Assembly: GCA_030390025.1 (NCBI GenBank)
Contig: CM059431.1
Span: forward strand, 109,246,001 to 109,310,000
Direction: 5' to 3'
DNA: 64,000 nucleotides
Source of the DNA: Squalus acanthias
Taxonomy: Eukaryota
The notes below the pieces were generated by a model that did no database searches, was not told where the DNA came from, and was given only the letters and a program-made list of their open reading frames with translations. The translations under genes and the position numbers were made by a program. Below, piece after piece: positions 63,858 to 64,000 of the stretch; positions within the stretch are counted from its first letter, which is position 1, and every line of letters starts with the position of its first letter.

Positions 63858-64000
63858 AACATAGTGTTTACAGCACTGAAACAGGCCATTCAGCCCAACA
63901 GGTCCATGCCGGTATTTATGCTCCACACGAGCCTCCTCCCACCCTGCTTGATCTAACCCCATCACCATATTCTTTTATACCTTTCTCCCTCATGTGCTCA
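63858..64000 (-). mobile_element. CR1 3' end fragment, running off the window
   Basis: Reverse-complement homology to the 3' UTR at 54520-54650 (CCATGCCGG..TTATGCTCCAC..AGCCTCCT..CCTTTCTCCCTCAT). Confidence 0.75.

Overview
Gene-poor, repeat-rich vertebrate genomic DNA, most likely intronic or intergenic. The repeat families suggest a cartilaginous fish such as a shark (inference from recalled repeat consensuses, not a database search). I find no intact protein-coding gene; every long ORF comes from simple or tandem repeats, or from decayed retroelements. Contents: about 16 copies of a tRNA-derived DeuSINE (SacSINE1-like), a second tRNA-SINE family, many 5'-truncated CR1 and L2 LINE fragments, PIF/Harbinger non-autonomous elements (one with a decayed Myb/SANT ORF and TAA target duplication), two hAT MITE families with 8-bp TSDs, a solo LTR, and several tandem arrays. 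The main structural finding is an ~11.2-kb array of a 16-bp unit (CGCCCATTRTACWCCT, ~700 copies) that grew inside one arm of a small palindromic Harbinger-type MITE, which itself interrupts a SINE. The second is a perfect 96-bp-arm palindromic Penelope-like insertion with a 12-bp TSD that carries a minimal hammerhead-ribozyme-like motif on both strands. Several TE-free, TAAT/SOX/octamer-rich blocks look like conserved non-coding enhancers.
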